Of a DNA stretch of 64,000 nucleotides, positions 62,821 through 64,000 are shown one piece after another; the stretch's first letter is position 1, and each line of letters opens with the position of its first letter. Source of the stretch: Lama guanicoe (Eukaryota); NCBI GenBank assembly GCA_013239625.1, contig MU053652.1, positions 8,692,077-8,756,076 on the forward strand. Direction: 5' to 3'. Below the pieces are notes generated by a model. The model was given only the letters and a program-made list of their open reading frames with translations, was not told where the DNA came from and made no database searches. A program made the translations under genes and the position numbers.

Positions 62821-64000
62821 ACATTTGCTAAGATGACGAAATGTGACTTTTTTACAAATTAATGGTGTTGACATGGACCAATTTAATTTCATGACTTAAA
62901 GCAGGAACCAAATATTATTCAAACTAAAGTGATTTCATGCACAGTTATTTAACACCTTTTATATCATTTTATAGAGTGATTTGAATCTTAGTAGGGTACT
63001 CTCTGGCTGCTTTTATTACTTTTATTTGTGTTGGCGCATCTCAGCGCTGTGTCCATGTAAGAACTGCTTTGAGGAGTGTTCAGAAAGATCTCAAGTTCTG
63101 GGTCTGCACTTTTCTTTTAGTCTGTTTAGGGTGAGCCCAGGGAGGAGCATTTTAAGGACTTCTCGGGAGATGCTGATGTGCATGTAGGGTTGAGACACAC
63201 TGGCACAAACAGAATCTCTGACACTCAAGCACAACTAGGGTTGAGAACTAGTGACTCATAAGAATAAGAAAAAAAACTATTATAGCACATAGTTTTATGA
63301 AAAGATAGCTCAAATTTAAATAGGAATTGGGCAGTGGAGGGTTATATCTTTGGCAAGTGCTTGGCATGCAAATTTTATTTGTAAATGGCAGATGCCAATA
63401 GCTATTTATGGAAACAGAGGTGGCATATGGAGATTTTTCATCTGAATTGGTGGCCAGCTCTCCAGCAGGTGCTAAGGGAATACCTGGAGGCAGAATACAG
63501 GGAGTTTTTCTTATTATGAGTATATAATAGCAGGTAAATAGTGGGCCAGTTAAGCGCCCAAAAATACACAGTTCATCATAATCAAGATGATTGTGCCTAA
63601 AACTTTTAAAAGCCATATAAAAATGTAAATAATCCCACAAGATGTCTATTTGTGGGCAGTACAGTTTCCACTGAGTCTTTCAGAATGAATTATTGTACTC
63701 CTGGGTACTACTTAGCTTGCCAAATGGTGTTCTTGAGTACAAAATGATTTTTTGAAGTTTCTACCTAAATAACTTTTTTGTTTTAGAAGTGTTGCTACAA
63801 AGACATTCTTTCTGACAGTTGTTAGAAAAATAACCTATCATTTGTTCATACATGCTCAGTTCACGGCCTTGGCACTGCATTATCAGTATACACAGGAGGG
63901 TACTGGTTCTTCTGCCTCCCTGAGGATGCAGAAGCATATAAATCAGAGAATCTATTTTCCTTTACAGTGCAGTGGAGCTAGAAGCTAGAATGTTGTCTTT

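Overview
Mammalian genomic DNA, most likely camelid, inferred from four tRNA-derived SINEs of the Vic-1 type. The window holds four coding exons of CADPS2 (CAPS2, Ca2+-dependent secretion activator 2) on the + strand: 9748-9828, 15510-15746, 21456-21577 and 56488-56599. By recalled human numbering these are exons 4-7, and they splice into one open frame reaching into the C2 domain. The rest is intronic: L1, L2 and MIR relics, two solo ERV1-type LTRs with target-site duplications, MLT1, Tigger/MER DNA-transposon fossils and one 121-N assembly gap. No prokaryote-type system, RNA gene or second protein-coding gene is supported. The most interesting observation is a cluster of splicing signals at about 47.7-48.65 kb in the 34.9-kb intron. 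It comprises two candidate microexons (19 nt and 11 nt) that keep the CADPS2 frame only when included together (adding LAQKKMEDER), a ~160-nt pyrimidine tract and a recursive-splice-like AG|GTATGT site. These are sequence-based hypotheses that need RNA data. Repeat family names and boundaries were assigned by eye from memory of consensus sequences and are approximate.
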